Positions 44,904-54,868 of a stretch of 64,000 nucleotides of DNA are shown here, one piece after another. Numbering within the stretch: the stretch's first letter is position 1; each line of letters begins with the position of its first letter. A program made the position numbers and the translations under genes. The notes under the pieces are model-generated. The model saw only the letters and a list, made by a program, of their open reading frames with translations. It made no database searches and was not told the origin of the DNA. This DNA comes from an uncultured Verrucomicrobiae bacterium (GTDB taxonomy: Bacteria; Verrucomicrobiota; Verrucomicrobiia; Palsa-1439): positions 31,763-95,762 of the forward strand of contig CAWFPN010000027.1 of assembly GCA_963817685.1 (NCBI GenBank), written 5' to 3'.

Positions 44904-45532
44904 AACTTCCCGTGATTAACATTTCAGGCGCGGCCAAGGGCGAAGTCGAATTCGACGACGCGTTGCTGATCAAGGACGGCAAAGGCACACAGGCCGTCCA
45001 CGATGCGGTCACCGCATACATGGCCAACCAGCGCCTGGGCACATCGAAGGTCAAGCAGCTGAGCGAAGTGCGCGGCAGCGGCAAGAAGCCCTGGAAGCAA
45101 AAGGGGACGGGCCGGGCGCGCGCGGGTTCGTTTGCGTCACCGTTGTGGCGTGGCGGCGGCGTTGTGTTTGGTCCGCATTTGCGCGACTACACGATCAAGG
45201 TGTCGAAGAAAACAAAGACGCTGGCGTTTCGCAAGGCGTTGAGCGAACGGTTGGCGGCGGGGGATGTGATCGTGTTGGACGAGTTGAAACTCGGCAGCCG
45301 TAAGACGAAGGAATTCGTCGGCATCGTCAGCAAGCTGACGGCGGAAGGACAGACGATGCTGATCGTGGCCGACCAGGTCGATGAGAATTTGAAGCTGGCA
45401 TCGCGGAATGTGCCGGATGTGCAGATCGAGCAGGCGGATTCGTTGAACGTGTACGAACTGCTGCAGTTTGACAAAATCGTGGTGACCAAGGCGGCCTTGG
45501 TGAAGATCCAGGCGCGATCGGGGAAATCATGA
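44900..45532 (+). CDS. rplD: 50S ribosomal protein L4
   Basis: 210 aa: SGKKPWKQKGTGRARAGSFASPLWRGGGVVFGP. Confidence 0.95.
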   Translation: MKLPVINISGAAKGEVEFDDALLIKDGKGTQAVHDAVTAYMANQRLGTSKVKQLSEVRGSGKKPWKQKGTGRARAGSFASPLWRGGGVVFGPHLRDYTIKVSKKTKTLAFRKALSERLAAGDVIVLDELKLGSRKTKEFVGIVSKLTAEGQTMLIVADQVDENLKLASRNVPDVQIEQADSLNVYELLQFDKIVVTKAALVKIQARSGKS

Positions 45533-45813
45533 AAGATCCGTACGACGTGATTAAAACCGTTCGCGTGACGGAAAAGGGAACTGGCCTGGTCGAGAAGGCG
45601 AACCAATATCAGGTTGTCGTCGATAAGCATGCGAACAAGATTGAGATCAAACAGGCGGTGGAAAAGGTGTTCAAGGTGAAGGTTGTGCGCGTGAATACGA
45701 TGCACGTGCGGGGCAAGGCCCGCCGCGAGCGCACGGTTCAGTTTGGCCGCACACCGGCCTGGAAAAAGGCGCTGGTCACGCTCAAAGAAGGCGATAAAAT
45801 CGAGATTTCGTAG
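45529..45813 (+). CDS. rplW: 50S ribosomal protein L23
   Basis: 94 aa. YDVIKTVRVTEKG...KIEIKQAVEKVFKVKVVRVNTM. Operon position. Confidence 0.93.
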   Translation: MKDPYDVIKTVRVTEKGTGLVEKANQYQVVVDKHANKIEIKQAVEKVFKVKVVRVNTMHVRGKARRERTVQFGRTPAWKKALVTLKEGDKIEIS

Positions 45814-45819
45814 GCAATC

Positions 45820-46658
45820 ATGGGCTTAAAATCATTCAGACCGTTTACACCGTCGCTGCGCGGGACCGTGCTTCCTGATTTCTCGGAGATTACGAAACGC
45901 AAACCCGAGCGGAAACTGACGGTCGCCAAGCGCAAGACCGGCGGACGCAATTGCCATGGACGGCTGACGTCGCGGGGCATTGGCGGCGGCCACAAGCAAC
46001 GATATCGGATCATCGATTTCAAGCGCGACAAGGTCGGCATCCCGGCGACCGTAGAGGCGATTGAGTACGACCCGAACCGCTCGGCCCGTATTGCGCTGCT
46101 GAAGTACCAGGACGGGGAGAAGCGTTATATTATCGCGCCCATGGGCCTGGAGGTGGGGGCGAAGGTCGTCAGCGGACCGGACGCGGAATTGGCCATCGGC
46201 AATTCGGTGCCGCTACGCAAGATTATGTCCGGGCTGCCCATCCACAACATCGAGTTGCACAAGGGCCACGGCGGCCAGCTTTGCCGGAGTGCTGCGATGG
46301 CGGCGCAGGTGATGGCGTGTGGAAGGCGATTACGCGACCGTGAAATTGCCTTCGGGCGAAATCCGCAAAATCCATGCGGATTGCTACGCCACGATCGGCC
46401 AGGTAGGAAACCCGGACCACATGAACATCATGCTGGGCAAGGCGGGGCGCAGCCGGTGGCTGGGGATTCGTCCGCATCACGCGCGGCATGGCGCGCAACC
46501 CGGTCGATCATCCGATGGGCGGCGGCCAGGGCAAGAGCAAGGGCGGCGGCGGCTGGCATCATCCCGTTTCCCCTTGGGGCAAACTGGCCAAGGGCGGCAT
46601 GACGCGGCGGAAGAAGAAGTATTCGAACTCATTGATTTTGGAGCGAAGGAAGAAATAA
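45820..46658 (+). CDS. rplB: 50S ribosomal protein L2, frame broken twice (+1, +1) as assembled
   Basis: [15 protein letters not shown]...[26 protein letters not shown] (ORF 45820..), then [51 protein letters not shown] (ORF 46319..), then [59 protein letters not shown] in a third frame ending at TAA 46656-46658. Sites near 46318-46322 and 46474-46476. Confidence 0.92.
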
Positions 46659-46937
46659 ATGGGACGCTCACTGAAAAAAGGTCCGTTTGTCGACGAGCAT
46701 CTGTTCGGCAAGGTGCAGAGGATGTCCGCGTCGGACAAGAAGCCGATCAAGACGTGGTCACGGCGCTCGATGATTATTCCGGAGTTTGTCGGTCATACAT
46801 TTTTGGTGCACAACGGCAAGCAACATACGCCGGTGTTCGTGACGGAAAACATGGTCGGCCATCGTCTGGGTGAGTTTTCTCCCACGCGAACGTTCAAGGC
46901 GCATGGCGCGCATACGGAAAAGGCGGCTGCGAAGTAA
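46659..46937 (+). CDS. rpsS: 30S ribosomal protein S19
   Basis: 92 aa: [15 protein letters not shown]...[48 protein letters not shown]. Confidence 0.96.
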   Translation: MGRSLKKGPFVDEHLFGKVQRMSASDKKPIKTWSRRSMIIPEFVGHTFLVHNGKQHTPVFVTENMVGHRLGEFSPTRTFKAHGAHTEKAAAK

Positions 46938-46955
46938 GGCCGTGGAGAGTGCATC

Positions 46956-47714
46956 GTGCTAAGCGGACGAGCACGAGCGGGAATTTGGTTGCTGGTTGTT
47001 TTGTTCTTTGGATGGGTTGGACCTTCGAGGGCGGAGGAGTTGCCGCAGATGCAGATCGAGGAGTTGCGTCTGGCTGTGGAGAAGCTCCGCGCCGAAGACG
47101 CCGACCTCAAGCAACAGCTTGGGCAGCGCGATGCGGTGATTCGTGTCGTGCAGGAAAATCTGGCGATCGCGCGGACGGAAAGCGAGCTGTTTCAAAAGAA
47201 ATGGACAGAGGCGCGGCTGCGAGCGCAAACGCTGGGAGTCAATTTTGACGATGCCAACGGGACGGCCGGGCAGCGCCAGTTAATCGAGAGTCTAAGGGCT
47301 CTCTATTTGGCGCAGACCGAAGAGCAGCGTCTGGCAGCGCAGTTGAATGGACTGCTGGCGGCCGTCGAGTCAAATCGGGACGTGGCCGTTCAGGCGGAAC
47401 GGACACGGAGCCTGCTCGCGGCCCTGGACGACAAGAAGCAGGGGCCGGCGGCCGAGACAAAGCCCTCGACATCGACACTGCAGTCGGCCAAGGTGTTGGA
47501 CGTCAACGCTACGTTGCAGATGGTCGTGCTCGATGTCGGAGAGTGGCAGGGGGCGCGCATCGGGATGCCGTTTGCGGTGGTTCGCAAAGGCAAGGTGATC
47601 GCCGGGTTGCGCGTCATCGAGGTCCGGCGACGGATCTGCGGGGCGTTGATCGAGCAGGCGAAGGACGAGACAGTGCCTGTGCCGGGAGACTTGGCGCGGG
47701 TGGTGAAAAATTAG
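46956..47714 (+). CDS. Hypothetical exported coiled-coil protein embedded in the S10 operon between rpsS and rplV (no family recognised)
   Basis: 252-aa ORF. GTG start is preceded by GGAGAG (46944-46949). Signal/anchor GIWLLVVLFFGWVGPSRA, a ~150-aa Q/E/R/L-rich heptad region, a polar linker, and a C-terminal beta-rich module KVLDVNATLQMVVLDVGEWQGARIGMPFAVVRKGKVIAGLRVIEVRRRICGALIE. Same strand as its neighbours, with 18-nt and 8-nt spacers. Confidence 0.6.
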   Translation: MLSGRARAGIWLLVVLFFGWVGPSRAEELPQMQIEELRLAVEKLRAEDADLKQQLGQRDAVIRVVQENLAIARTESELFQKKWTEARLRAQTLGVNFDDANGTAGQRQLIESLRALYLAQTEEQRLAAQLNGLLAAVESNRDVAVQAERTRSLLAALDDKKQGPAAETKPSTSTLQSAKVLDVNATLQMVVLDVGEWQGARIGMPFAVVRKGKVIAGLRVIEVRRRICGALIEQAKDETVPVPGDLARVVKN

Positions 47715-47722
47715 AAATTTAT

Positions 47723-48058
47723 ATGGAAGTCAAAGCGATAACAAAATACGCGCGGATGAGCCCGGCAAAGATGGGCGAAGTGACGCGCATGATCCAGGGT
47801 TTGAGCGCGTCGCGGGCGCTCGAAGTGTTGCGGTTTGTCCCGCGAAAGTCGGCGCGCATGGTGGAGAAGACGCTGAAATCCGCCATTGCCAACGCCACCA
47901 ACAACGCCAAGCTGGGCGCGGACTCGTTGCGCGTGAAGGAAGCGGTGGCCAATGAAGGGCCGCGCTTGAAACGTTGGCAACCGAAGGCGCGCGGGAGTGC
48001 GGGGCCGATTATTAAGCGGACCAGCCATATTCAGATCATCCTGACGGACGGACAATAA
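47723..48058 (+). CDS. rplV: 50S ribosomal protein L22
   Basis: ORF 47543..48058 trimmed to ATG 47723. MEVKAITKYARMSPAKMGEVTRMIQG...RWQPKARGSAGPIIKRTSHIQIIL. Confidence 0.95.
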   Translation: MEVKAITKYARMSPAKMGEVTRMIQGLSASRALEVLRFVPRKSARMVEKTLKSAIANATNNAKLGADSLRVKEAVANEGPRLKRWQPKARGSAGPIIKRTSHIQIILTDGQ

Positions 48059-48061
48059 TTT

Positions 48062-48745
48062 ATGGGCCAAAAAGTAAATCCAGTGGGATTTCGTGTGGCG
48101 GTCACCAAGGACTGGCTGTCGAAGTGGTATGCCGACAAGAGGGACTACGCCCCGTTACTGCTGGAGGACATTAAGGTACGCGAGATCGTGAAGGCCAGGC
48201 TGGCCTCCGCCGCCGTTTCCAAGATTTTGATCGAGCGGTATGCCAACCGGGCGCGCATCACGATTTTCACGGCCCGGCCCGGCATTGTGATCGGCCGCAA
48301 GGGCGCGGAGATTGACAAGCTGAAGGAAGAACTGGCGCGCCTGACGGGCAAGGAGATTTATGTCGACATTGTCGAGATCAAGACGCCGGAATTGGATGCG
48401 CAGTTGGTGGCTGAGAACATTGCACTGCAATTGGAGAGGCGCATCAGTTTTCGGCGCGCGATGAAGAAGTCGGTGCAAACGACGATGGATTTTGGAGCGC
48501 AGGGAATCAAGGTCGCCTGCGGCGGCCGGCTGGGCGGGGCGGAGCTGGCCCGGCACGAGAAGTATCGCACAGGCAAGATCCCGTTGCACACCCTGCGGGC
48601 CGACATTGATTATGGATTTGCCGAAGCGACCACGGTGTACGGCAAGATCGGCGTGAAAGTCTGGATTTGCAAGGGTGAGCGTCCGTTGAAGCAACAGCCG
48701 TCGGCGGTGACGCCGGTCGGGCCGACAGCGCCCGCAGTAGCGTAA
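48062..48745 (+). CDS. rpsC: 30S ribosomal protein S3
   Basis: 227 aa: [18 protein letters not shown]...[31 protein letters not shown]. Confidence 0.96.
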   Translation: MGQKVNPVGFRVAVTKDWLSKWYADKRDYAPLLLEDIKVREIVKARLASAAVSKILIERYANRARITIFTARPGIVIGRKGAEIDKLKEELARLTGKEIYVDIVEIKTPELDAQLVAENIALQLERRISFRRAMKKSVQTTMDFGAQGIKVACGGRLGGAELARHEKYRTGKIPLHTLRADIDYGFAEATTVYGKIGVKVWICKGERPLKQQPSAVTPVGPTAPAVA

Positions 48746-48757
48746 GAGGAATTTGCG

Positions 48758-49168
48758 ATGCCATTGATACCAGCCAGAGTGAAACACCGCAAGGCGCAAC
48801 GGGGCAGCCGCACCGGCACGGCCTATCGCGGGGCCACGGTTGCGTTTGGTGAGTACGGATTGCAGGCGCTGGAGCGGGCGTGGATCACCAACACACAGAT
48901 CGAGGCGTGTCGCGTGGCGTTGTCACGCAATATGAAGCGGCGCGGCAAGCTGTGGATCCGGATTTTTCCGGACAAGCCGGTGACGAAGCGGCCGCCCGAA
49001 ACGCGCATGGGCAAGGGCAAGGGCAACCCGGAATTCTGGGTGGCCGTGGTGCGGCCGGGCAACGTATTGTTTGAGATGGGTGGCGTGACGGAGGTTCTGG
49101 CACGCGAATCTCTGCGCTTGGCCGCGTCGAAGCTGCCGATCCGGACGCGATTTTTAACGAGACGCTAG
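48758..49168 (+). CDS. rplP: 50S ribosomal protein L16
   Basis: 136 aa: [13 protein letters not shown]...[25 protein letters not shown]. Confidence 0.96.
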   Translation: MPLIPARVKHRKAQRGSRTGTAYRGATVAFGEYGLQALERAWITNTQIEACRVALSRNMKRRGKLWIRIFPDKPVTKRPPETRMGKGKGNPEFWVAVVRPGNVLFEMGGVTEVLARESLRLAASKLPIRTRFLTRR

Positions 49169-49170
49169 AG

Positions 49171-49377
49171 ATGAAATCAAAAGAGATCCAGGAATTGACG
49201 GAAGCCGAGGCGCAAGCCAAGTTGCGGGACCTGCGTCAGGAGTTGTTCAACCTGCGGCTGCAGCAGCAGACCGCTAGGCTGGAGAGGCCGAGCCACCTGC
49301 GGGAAGTGCGCCACGACATTGCCCGGATTCAAACCAATTTGAGCCAGCGCCGGCTGCAGAGCGCTGTCAGTAAGTAA
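49171..49377 (+). CDS. rpmC: 50S ribosomal protein L29
   Basis: 68 aa. [27 protein letters not shown]. Operon position. Confidence 0.92.
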   Translation: MKSKEIQELTEAEAQAKLRDLRQELFNLRLQQQTARLERPSHLREVRHDIARIQTNLSQRRLQSAVSK

Positions 49378-49393
49378 CGAAACGGCCAGGATT

Positions 49394-49684
49394 ATGACGG
49401 AACAAGCACAAAGCGGCGTAAACAAAAAAGAGGTTGTCGGCGAAGTGGTCAGCGACAAGATGGCGAAGACCATCGTCGTGGAGGTTGCCCGCCGGGTCCG
49501 CCATCCGCGTTATCACAAGGTGATGACGAGATACAAAAAGTTTTACGCGCACGACGAAAAGAGCGAAGCGGGCGTGGGGGACACAGTGCGCATCGTTGAG
49601 TCGAGGCCGCTGAGCAAATTGAAGCGCTGGACGCTGGCGCAGGTGATGGAGAAGGCGCCGCAGATTGAGAAAGTGGAAGCATGA
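49394..49684 (+). CDS. rpsQ: 30S ribosomal protein S17
   Basis: 96 aa: [42 protein letters not shown]. Confidence 0.94.
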   Translation: MTEQAQSGVNKKEVVGEVVSDKMAKTIVVEVARRVRHPRYHKVMTRYKKFYAHDEKSEAGVGDTVRIVESRPLSKLKRWTLAQVMEKAPQIEKVEA

Positions 49685-50046
49685 TTCAGATTCGCACACA
49701 TCTGGATGTGGCTGATAACACGGGCGCGCGCGTTGCATGGGCGATTGGCGTGCTGGGTCACCAGAAGCGTTACGCCCGCATCGGGGACGTGATCAAGGCC
49801 CATGTCAAGGAAGCGTCGCCGGACGGCACGGTGAAAAAGGGCGAGGTGGTAACGTGCGTCGTGGTTCGGACTAGGTCCGTGTTGCGTCGGGCGGACGGCT
49901 CTTACCTTCGTTTTGACAGCAACGCGGTGGTGATTATCGACGACCAGCATAATCCGAAAGGGACGCGCATTTTCGGTCCTGTCGCCCGCGAGCTGCGGGA
50001 CAAGAATTTCACCAAAATTATTTCGCTGGCGCCCGAGGTGTTGTGA
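49681..50046 (+). CDS. rplN: 50S ribosomal protein L14
   Basis: 121 aa: [16 protein letters not shown]...[28 protein letters not shown]. Confidence 0.96.
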   Translation: MIQIRTHLDVADNTGARVAWAIGVLGHQKRYARIGDVIKAHVKEASPDGTVKKGEVVTCVVVRTRSVLRRADGSYLRFDSNAVVIIDDQHNPKGTRIFGPVARELRDKNFTKIISLAPEVL

Positions 50047-50048
50047 CC

Positions 50049-50330
50049 ATGAATCACTTGCATATCAAACGAAATGACATGGTGGTGGTGCTCTCCGGTG
50101 AGGAAAAGGGCAAGTCCGGCAAAGTGCTGGCCACGTTTCCCGAGAAGCAGCGGGTGCTGGTTGAAGGCGTCAACATGATCCGCAAGACGTTGCGCAAAAC
50201 GCAGCAAAACCCGCAGGGCGGCATTGTCACCAAGGAAGCGCCGCTAGCCTCCGCGAAGGTGATGCTGCAAGAGAAGTACGAGATCCGCCGTAAGAAACGG
50301 GGCGGGCCGACAACCGAGGCGAAGATTTAG
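50049..50330 (+). CDS. rplX: 50S ribosomal protein L24 (alternative GTG start at 50043)
   Basis: [23 protein letters not shown] (KOW motif). Operon position. Confidence 0.92.
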   Translation: MNHLHIKRNDMVVVLSGEEKGKSGKVLATFPEKQRVLVEGVNMIRKTLRKTQQNPQGGIVTKEAPLASAKVMLQEKYEIRRKKRGGPTTEAKI

Positions 50331-50335
50331 CGATT

Positions 50336-50872
50336 ATGTCCCAGCTTTACGAAACATATAAGAGCCAGGTGGTGGAACAGCTCATGAAGGGCGGCCAGTA
50401 CACCAACCGCATGCAGGTGCCGAAGGTGGAGAAGGTTGTGCTGAACATGGGCATCAACTCCAACCACGAGAAGGACGTGATTACAGAGGCGCAGCAGGAA
50501 CTGGCCACCATTACGGGCCAGAAGCCGGTTGTCACGCGCGCCAAGAAGAGCATTTCGAATTTCAAAGTGCGCGAGAACATGCCCGTGGGCGTCAAGGTGA
50601 CGCTGCGCGGCTCGCGGATGTACGAATTCCTGGAGCGGTTTTTCAATGCCGCGCTGCCGCGCATCCGCGACTTTCGCGGTGTGTCGCCGCGTGGATTCGA
50701 CGGACGCGGCAGTTATACCATGGGCGTTCGCGACCAGGCGATTTTTCCGGAAGTGGAGTTGGACAAGATCAAGCACAACCTCGGCATGGATGTGACCATT
50801 GTCACTAGCGCGAACACGGACGCCGAGGCGAAGGAGTTACTCAAACTGTTGGGCATGCCGTTCAGCAGCTAA
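50336..50872 (+). CDS. rplE: 50S ribosomal protein L5
   Basis: 178 aa: [13 protein letters not shown]...[32 protein letters not shown]. Confidence 0.96.
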   Translation: MSQLYETYKSQVVEQLMKGGQYTNRMQVPKVEKVVLNMGINSNHEKDVITEAQQELATITGQKPVVTRAKKSISNFKVRENMPVGVKVTLRGSRMYEFLERFFNAALPRIRDFRGVSPRGFDGRGSYTMGVRDQAIFPEVELDKIKHNLGMDVTIVTSANTDAEAKELLKLLGMPFSS

Positions 50873-50886
50873 AGGATCGAACAGTT

Positions 50887-51072
50887 ATGGCGAAACTTTG
50901 TTTAATGGTGAAGCAATCGCGCCCGGCGAAATTTTCGTCGCGACGCTACAACCGCTGCAAGGTCTGCGGACGGCGCCGCGGTTACGTCCGTCGGTTCCAG
51001 ATCTGCCGCATCTGCTTCCGTGAGCTGGCCAGCCAGGGCAAAATCCCGGGCGTCGTCAAGGCAAGTTGGTAA
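50887..51072 (+). CDS. rpsN: 30S ribosomal protein S14, short zinc-binding type (type Z)
   Basis: 61 aa with CxxC...CxxC: [39 protein letters not shown]. Confidence 0.94.
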   Translation: MAKLCLMVKQSRPAKFSSRRYNRCKVCGRRRGYVRRFQICRICFRELASQGKIPGVVKASW

Positions 51073-51075
51073 CTC

Positions 51076-51474
51076 ATGAACATCACTGATCCTATCGCAG
51101 ACATGTTGACGCGGATCCGCAACGCCAATCGTGCGGGCAAGGCGGAAACGGTGATGCCGTTCTCCCGGCTGAAGGCCGAAGTGGCCCGCGTGCTCAAGCA
51201 GCACGGGTACATTGCGGATTTTTACGCGGAGAAACTGGAAAGCGGCCGGCAAGTGCTGAAGGTTCAGTTGAAGATGATTGGCAAAGAACGCTCGATCGTC
51301 GGCATCAAGCGCATCAGCAAGCCGGGCTCCCGCAGGTACGCCGGCGCGAAGGAGATTCCGCGTGTCCTCGGCGGCATGGGGATTTCCATTCTTACGACTT
51401 CACGAGGTGTGATGGCCGGGCACGAGGCGAAGAAGGCCAACTTGGGCGGCGAAATTTTAGCGTACGTTTGGTGA
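51076..51474 (+). CDS. rpsH: 30S ribosomal protein S8
   Basis: 132 aa: TDPIADMLTRIRNAN...GISILTTSRGVMAGHEAKKANLGGEILAYVW. Confidence 0.96.
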   Translation: MNITDPIADMLTRIRNANRAGKAETVMPFSRLKAEVARVLKQHGYIADFYAEKLESGRQVLKVQLKMIGKERSIVGIKRISKPGSRRYAGAKEIPRVLGGMGISILTTSRGVMAGHEAKKANLGGEILAYVW

Positions 51475-51477
51475 GTT

Positions 51478-52035
51478 ATGTCACGGATTGGAAAAAAGCC
51501 GGTTGAGATCCCCGCGAAGACGAAAGTCGAGATCAAGGGGCAGGCCGTTGTCATTGAGGGCCCCAAGGGCAGGCTTGATTGGATCGTGCCTGCGCCGATC
51601 AAGGTCGAGGTCAAGGACGGCAAGATCCTGGCCACAACGTCACAGATGGATCGCACGGGCAAGTCGCGCTGGGGATTGACGCGCAGCCTTCTGGCGAACA
51701 TGGTCAAGGGCGTCAACGAGGGCTACTCGAAACAATTGCTGGTTGAAGGCGTTGGGTTTAAGGCTGCGGTGCAGGGTCAGAACCTGCAATTACTGCTCGG
51801 GTATTCGCATCCTGTTGTATTTTCGATTCCAAAAAACATCAAGGTCTCCGTGGTGGATACGGCGGACAAGAAGCCGCAGATCACCATCGAAGGGGCGGAC
51901 AAACAGATGGTCGGCGAAGTGGCGGCGCGGATCCGCCGGTTCTATCCGCCCGAGCCGTACAAGGGCAAGGGCATTCGCTACGTGGGCGAACAGGTCCGGC
52001 GCAAAGCCGGCAAGACGGTGACCACAGCGGGGTAA
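51478..52035 (+). CDS. rplF: 50S ribosomal protein L6
   Basis: 185 aa: MSRIGKKPVEIP...YPPEPYKGKGIRYVGEQVRRKAGK. Confidence 0.96.
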   Translation: MSRIGKKPVEIPAKTKVEIKGQAVVIEGPKGRLDWIVPAPIKVEVKDGKILATTSQMDRTGKSRWGLTRSLLANMVKGVNEGYSKQLLVEGVGFKAAVQGQNLQLLLGYSHPVVFSIPKNIKVSVVDTADKKPQITIEGADKQMVGEVAARIRRFYPPEPYKGKGIRYVGEQVRRKAGKTVTTAG

Positions 52036-52042
52036 TTGAGCT

Positions 52043-52399
52043 ATGAGACCCAGAACAAAGATTGCGCTTCGAGATCGCCGACATTTGCGATTACGGCAGA
52101 AGATCACCGGCACGGCGCAACGACCGCGCATGAGCGTGTGCTTTACCGGTAAACACATCTATGTGCAGTTTGTTGACGATGCGGCGCGGCGCACACTGGT
52201 GGCCGTCAGTACGCTCGCGGCGGATGCGAAAGGCACGAAGGCCAACTTGGCGGGGGCGAAAAAAGTGGGTACCCTAGCGGCCGAGAAGGCGAAAGAGAAA
52301 AAAATTGCGGAAGTCGTGTTTGACCGCGGTGGGTTCAAATATCACGGCCGCGTCAAGGCGCTGGCCGATGCCGCGCGAGAAGCGGGGTTGAAATTTTAA
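52043..52399 (+). CDS. rplR: 50S ribosomal protein L18
   Basis: 118 aa: [31 protein letters not shown]...[28 protein letters not shown]. Confidence 0.95.
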   Translation: MRPRTKIALRDRRHLRLRQKITGTAQRPRMSVCFTGKHIYVQFVDDAARRTLVAVSTLAADAKGTKANLAGAKKVGTLAAEKAKEKKIAEVVFDRGGFKYHGRVKALADAAREAGLKF

Positions 52400-52401
52400 T
52401 T

Positions 52402-52992
52402 ATGCCAGCAGATAAAAAGCCGAAGATTGCCAAGCCGGTTGTGCCGAAGGACAAGGAAACATCGCCGGTGGTCGCGGCGGAAGAACTCGGCATTGAACTG
52501 CAGCACCAGGGCGAACTTGTCGAGAAGGTCGTGTATGTCAACCGCAGCGCCAAGGTTGTCAAGGGCGGCCGCCGGTTCCATTTCAGCGCGTTGGTGGTCT
52601 GTGGAGACCGCCGCGGGCGGGTAGGATACGGGTTTGGCAAGGCCAATGAAGTGGCGGATGCGATTCGCAAGGGGACGGAACGGGCCAAGAAAGCCTTGGT
52701 CCCTGTGAATTTGAAAGGCACGACAATTCCGCACGAAGTAATTGGTGTGTTTGGCGGCGGCCGCGTGTTGTTGCGGCCGGCGTCGCCTGGCACGGGCATC
52801 ATTGCCGGCGGCACGGTGCGGGCGGTGATTGATGCCGCTGGTATTCGCGACGTGTTGAGCAAATCACTCGGCTCCAGCAATGCGGTCAACGTTGTGAAGG
52901 CGACGATGAACGCCCTGTTCCAGTTGCGGCCGAGGTCCGAAATATTCCGGGTGCGCGGGATCTCGCGGCCTGTGGCGGCAGGAGTGGACTAG
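52402..52992 (+). CDS. rpsE: 30S ribosomal protein S5
   Basis: 196 aa: [41 protein letters not shown]...[16 protein letters not shown]. Confidence 0.96.
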   Translation: MPADKKPKIAKPVVPKDKETSPVVAAEELGIELQHQGELVEKVVYVNRSAKVVKGGRRFHFSALVVCGDRRGRVGYGFGKANEVADAIRKGTERAKKALVPVNLKGTTIPHEVIGVFGGGRVLLRPASPGTGIIAGGTVRAVIDAAGIRDVLSKSLGSSNAVNVVKATMNALFQLRPRSEIFRVRGISRPVAAGVD

Positions 52993-52993
52993 C

Positions 52994-53494
52994 ATGACCA
53001 TGCGTTTGCACAATTTGAAACCCCGGCCCGGCGCGAAGCATCGCACGAAGCGGTTGGGTATCGGTGAAAGCTCCGGTCACGGCAAAACCAGCGGTCGCGG
53101 CGGCAAGGGGCAGACGGCCCGTTCCGGCGGATCGATTCGCCTGGGATTTGAAGGTGGCCAGATGCCGTTGCTTCGGCGCATTCCGAAGCGCGGGTTCAAC
53201 AACAGCGTGTTTGGCACCGAGTTCTCCGTCGTGAACGTGGAAGCATTGAACGTGTTCGAGGACGGGGCGACAGTGACACCGGAAGCGCTGGTGGAGCAGG
53301 GTCTCCTGAGGAAGTTGTTGGATGGCGTCAAAATCCTTGGCACAGGAGAGTTGAAGAAGAAACTGACGGTGAAGGCACAGAAGTTTAGCGCGACGGCGCG
53401 CGAACGCATCACGAAGGCCGGAGGGCAGTGTGTCGATCTTCCGCTCCCGGGCATTCATCACAAGGAAGCTGCGGCCCCGGCTGCAGAGAAGTAG
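52994..53494 (+). CDS. rplO: 50S ribosomal protein L15 (no rpmD/L30 gene between rpsE and rplO)
   Basis: 166 aa: [42 protein letters not shown]...[15 protein letters not shown]. Confidence 0.95.
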   Translation: MTMRLHNLKPRPGAKHRTKRLGIGESSGHGKTSGRGGKGQTARSGGSIRLGFEGGQMPLLRRIPKRGFNNSVFGTEFSVVNVEALNVFEDGATVTPEALVEQGLLRKLLDGVKILGTGELKKKLTVKAQKFSATARERITKAGGQCVDLPLPGIHHKEAAAPAAEK

Positions 53495-53512
53495 TCCAGC
53501 CACCTGGAAGCC

Positions 53513-54868
53513 ATGTTTTCTGCCTTCGCCAATTGCTGGAAAATCCCCGAGTTAAGGAAGCGGATACTTTTCACTCTGGGCATTGTCGCGCTGGCTCGAC
53601 TCGGGGCAAATATTCCGTGTCCGGGTGTCGATCCGACTGCCTTGACGGAGTACATCGGTCGCGTACAGAGCCAGGTGGGCGGCAGCTTTGTGGGGATGGC
53701 GATCCTGCTGACGGGCGGCGGGATTTCCCGTTGCGCTGTATTTGCCCTTGGCGTGATGCCGTATATTACGTCCACCATCATTATGCAATTGTTGACGGCG
53801 GTTTTGCCGTCGCTTGAGCGGTTGCGACAGGAAGGCCAGACCGGACAAACAAAGATTATTCAGTACGGACGGTACATGACCGTTCTGATCTGCGTGATTC
53901 AGGGATTCTTCCTGGCGAAGGCGTTTGAGCACCCCGACAAGTTGTTTCCAGGGTTCACTGGCGTGTTGGTGGCGAGTCCGGGGATTGGATTTGAGGTTCT
54001 GACCGTCCTGACGATCACCAGCGGCAGTGTGCTTTTGATGTGGTTGGGCGAGCAAATCACCGAGCGCGGGATCGGCAATGGAGTCTCGTTGATTATCACC
54101 GTGGGAATTGTCGACCGTCTTCCCAGCGCTATCGGGCAGGCGTGGGCGTTGTTTTTTCCGGGACCGGGCGGGGAGAGTCAATTCAACATCCTGCATGCGA
54201 TTTTGCTGCTGATCATGGCGGTGGCAGTGACGGCGATTGTGATTGCCGTAACCGAGGCGCAGCGGAAAATTCCGGTGCAATACGCCAAGCAGGTTATTGG
54301 CCGCAAGGTTCGGGGCGGCGGGCAGACTTTCATGCCGTTGCGGGTGAACTATTCGGGAGTGATGCCGATTATTTTCGCTCAGGCGATTTTGCTTTTTCCA
54401 CAGAAACTGCTCTCGTTTTCTCACCTGGCCGCCCTGCAAAAGATGGCGCGGGCCTTGACCGAAGGCGAGTTCCTGTACCTGACGTTGTACGGGATGATGA
54501 TCCTGTTCTTCTCGTATTTTTGGGTGGCGACACAATTTAACCCGTTGCAGATAGCTGACGATTTGAAGAAGTACGGCGGGTACGTGCCCGGGATCCGTCC
54601 GGGCAAACCGACTGCCGAGTTTCTCGATCATACGATGACCCGGATCACGCTGGCGGGCGCGGTGTTTCTGACGTTTGTCGCCGTGATTCCGTACATTCTG
54701 TCGCACCGGTTTCGATTGCCGTCTTTGACGGCTAGTTTCTTTGGCGGGACGAGCCTGTTGATCACCGTGGGTGTCATGTTGGACACGATGCGGCAGGTGG
54801 AGTCTCACTTGATCATGCGTCACTATGATGGATTCCTGCGCAAGGGCAAGATGCGCGGGCGTCGTTGA
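53513..54868 (+). CDS. secY: Preprotein translocase subunit SecY
   Basis: 451 aa, 10-TM pattern. LGVMPYITSTIIMQLL, ITERGIGNGVSLII, KYGGYVPGIRPGKPTAEFL. Confidence 0.96.
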   Translation: MFSAFANCWKIPELRKRILFTLGIVALARLGANIPCPGVDPTALTEYIGRVQSQVGGSFVGMAILLTGGGISRCAVFALGVMPYITSTIIMQLLTAVLPSLERLRQEGQTGQTKIIQYGRYMTVLICVIQGFFLAKAFEHPDKLFPGFTGVLVASPGIGFEVLTVLTITSGSVLLMWLGEQITERGIGNGVSLIITVGIVDRLPSAIGQAWALFFPGPGGESQFNILHAILLLIMAVAVTAIVIAVTEAQRKIPVQYAKQVIGRKVRGGGQTFMPLRVNYSGVMPIIFAQAILLFPQKLLSFSHLAALQKMARALTEGEFLYLTLYGMMILFFSYFWVATQFNPLQIADDLKKYGGYVPGIRPGKPTAEFLDHTMTRITLAGAVFLTFVAVIPYILSHRFRLPSLTASFFGGTSLLITVGVMLDTMRQVESHLIMRHYDGFLRKGKMRGRR

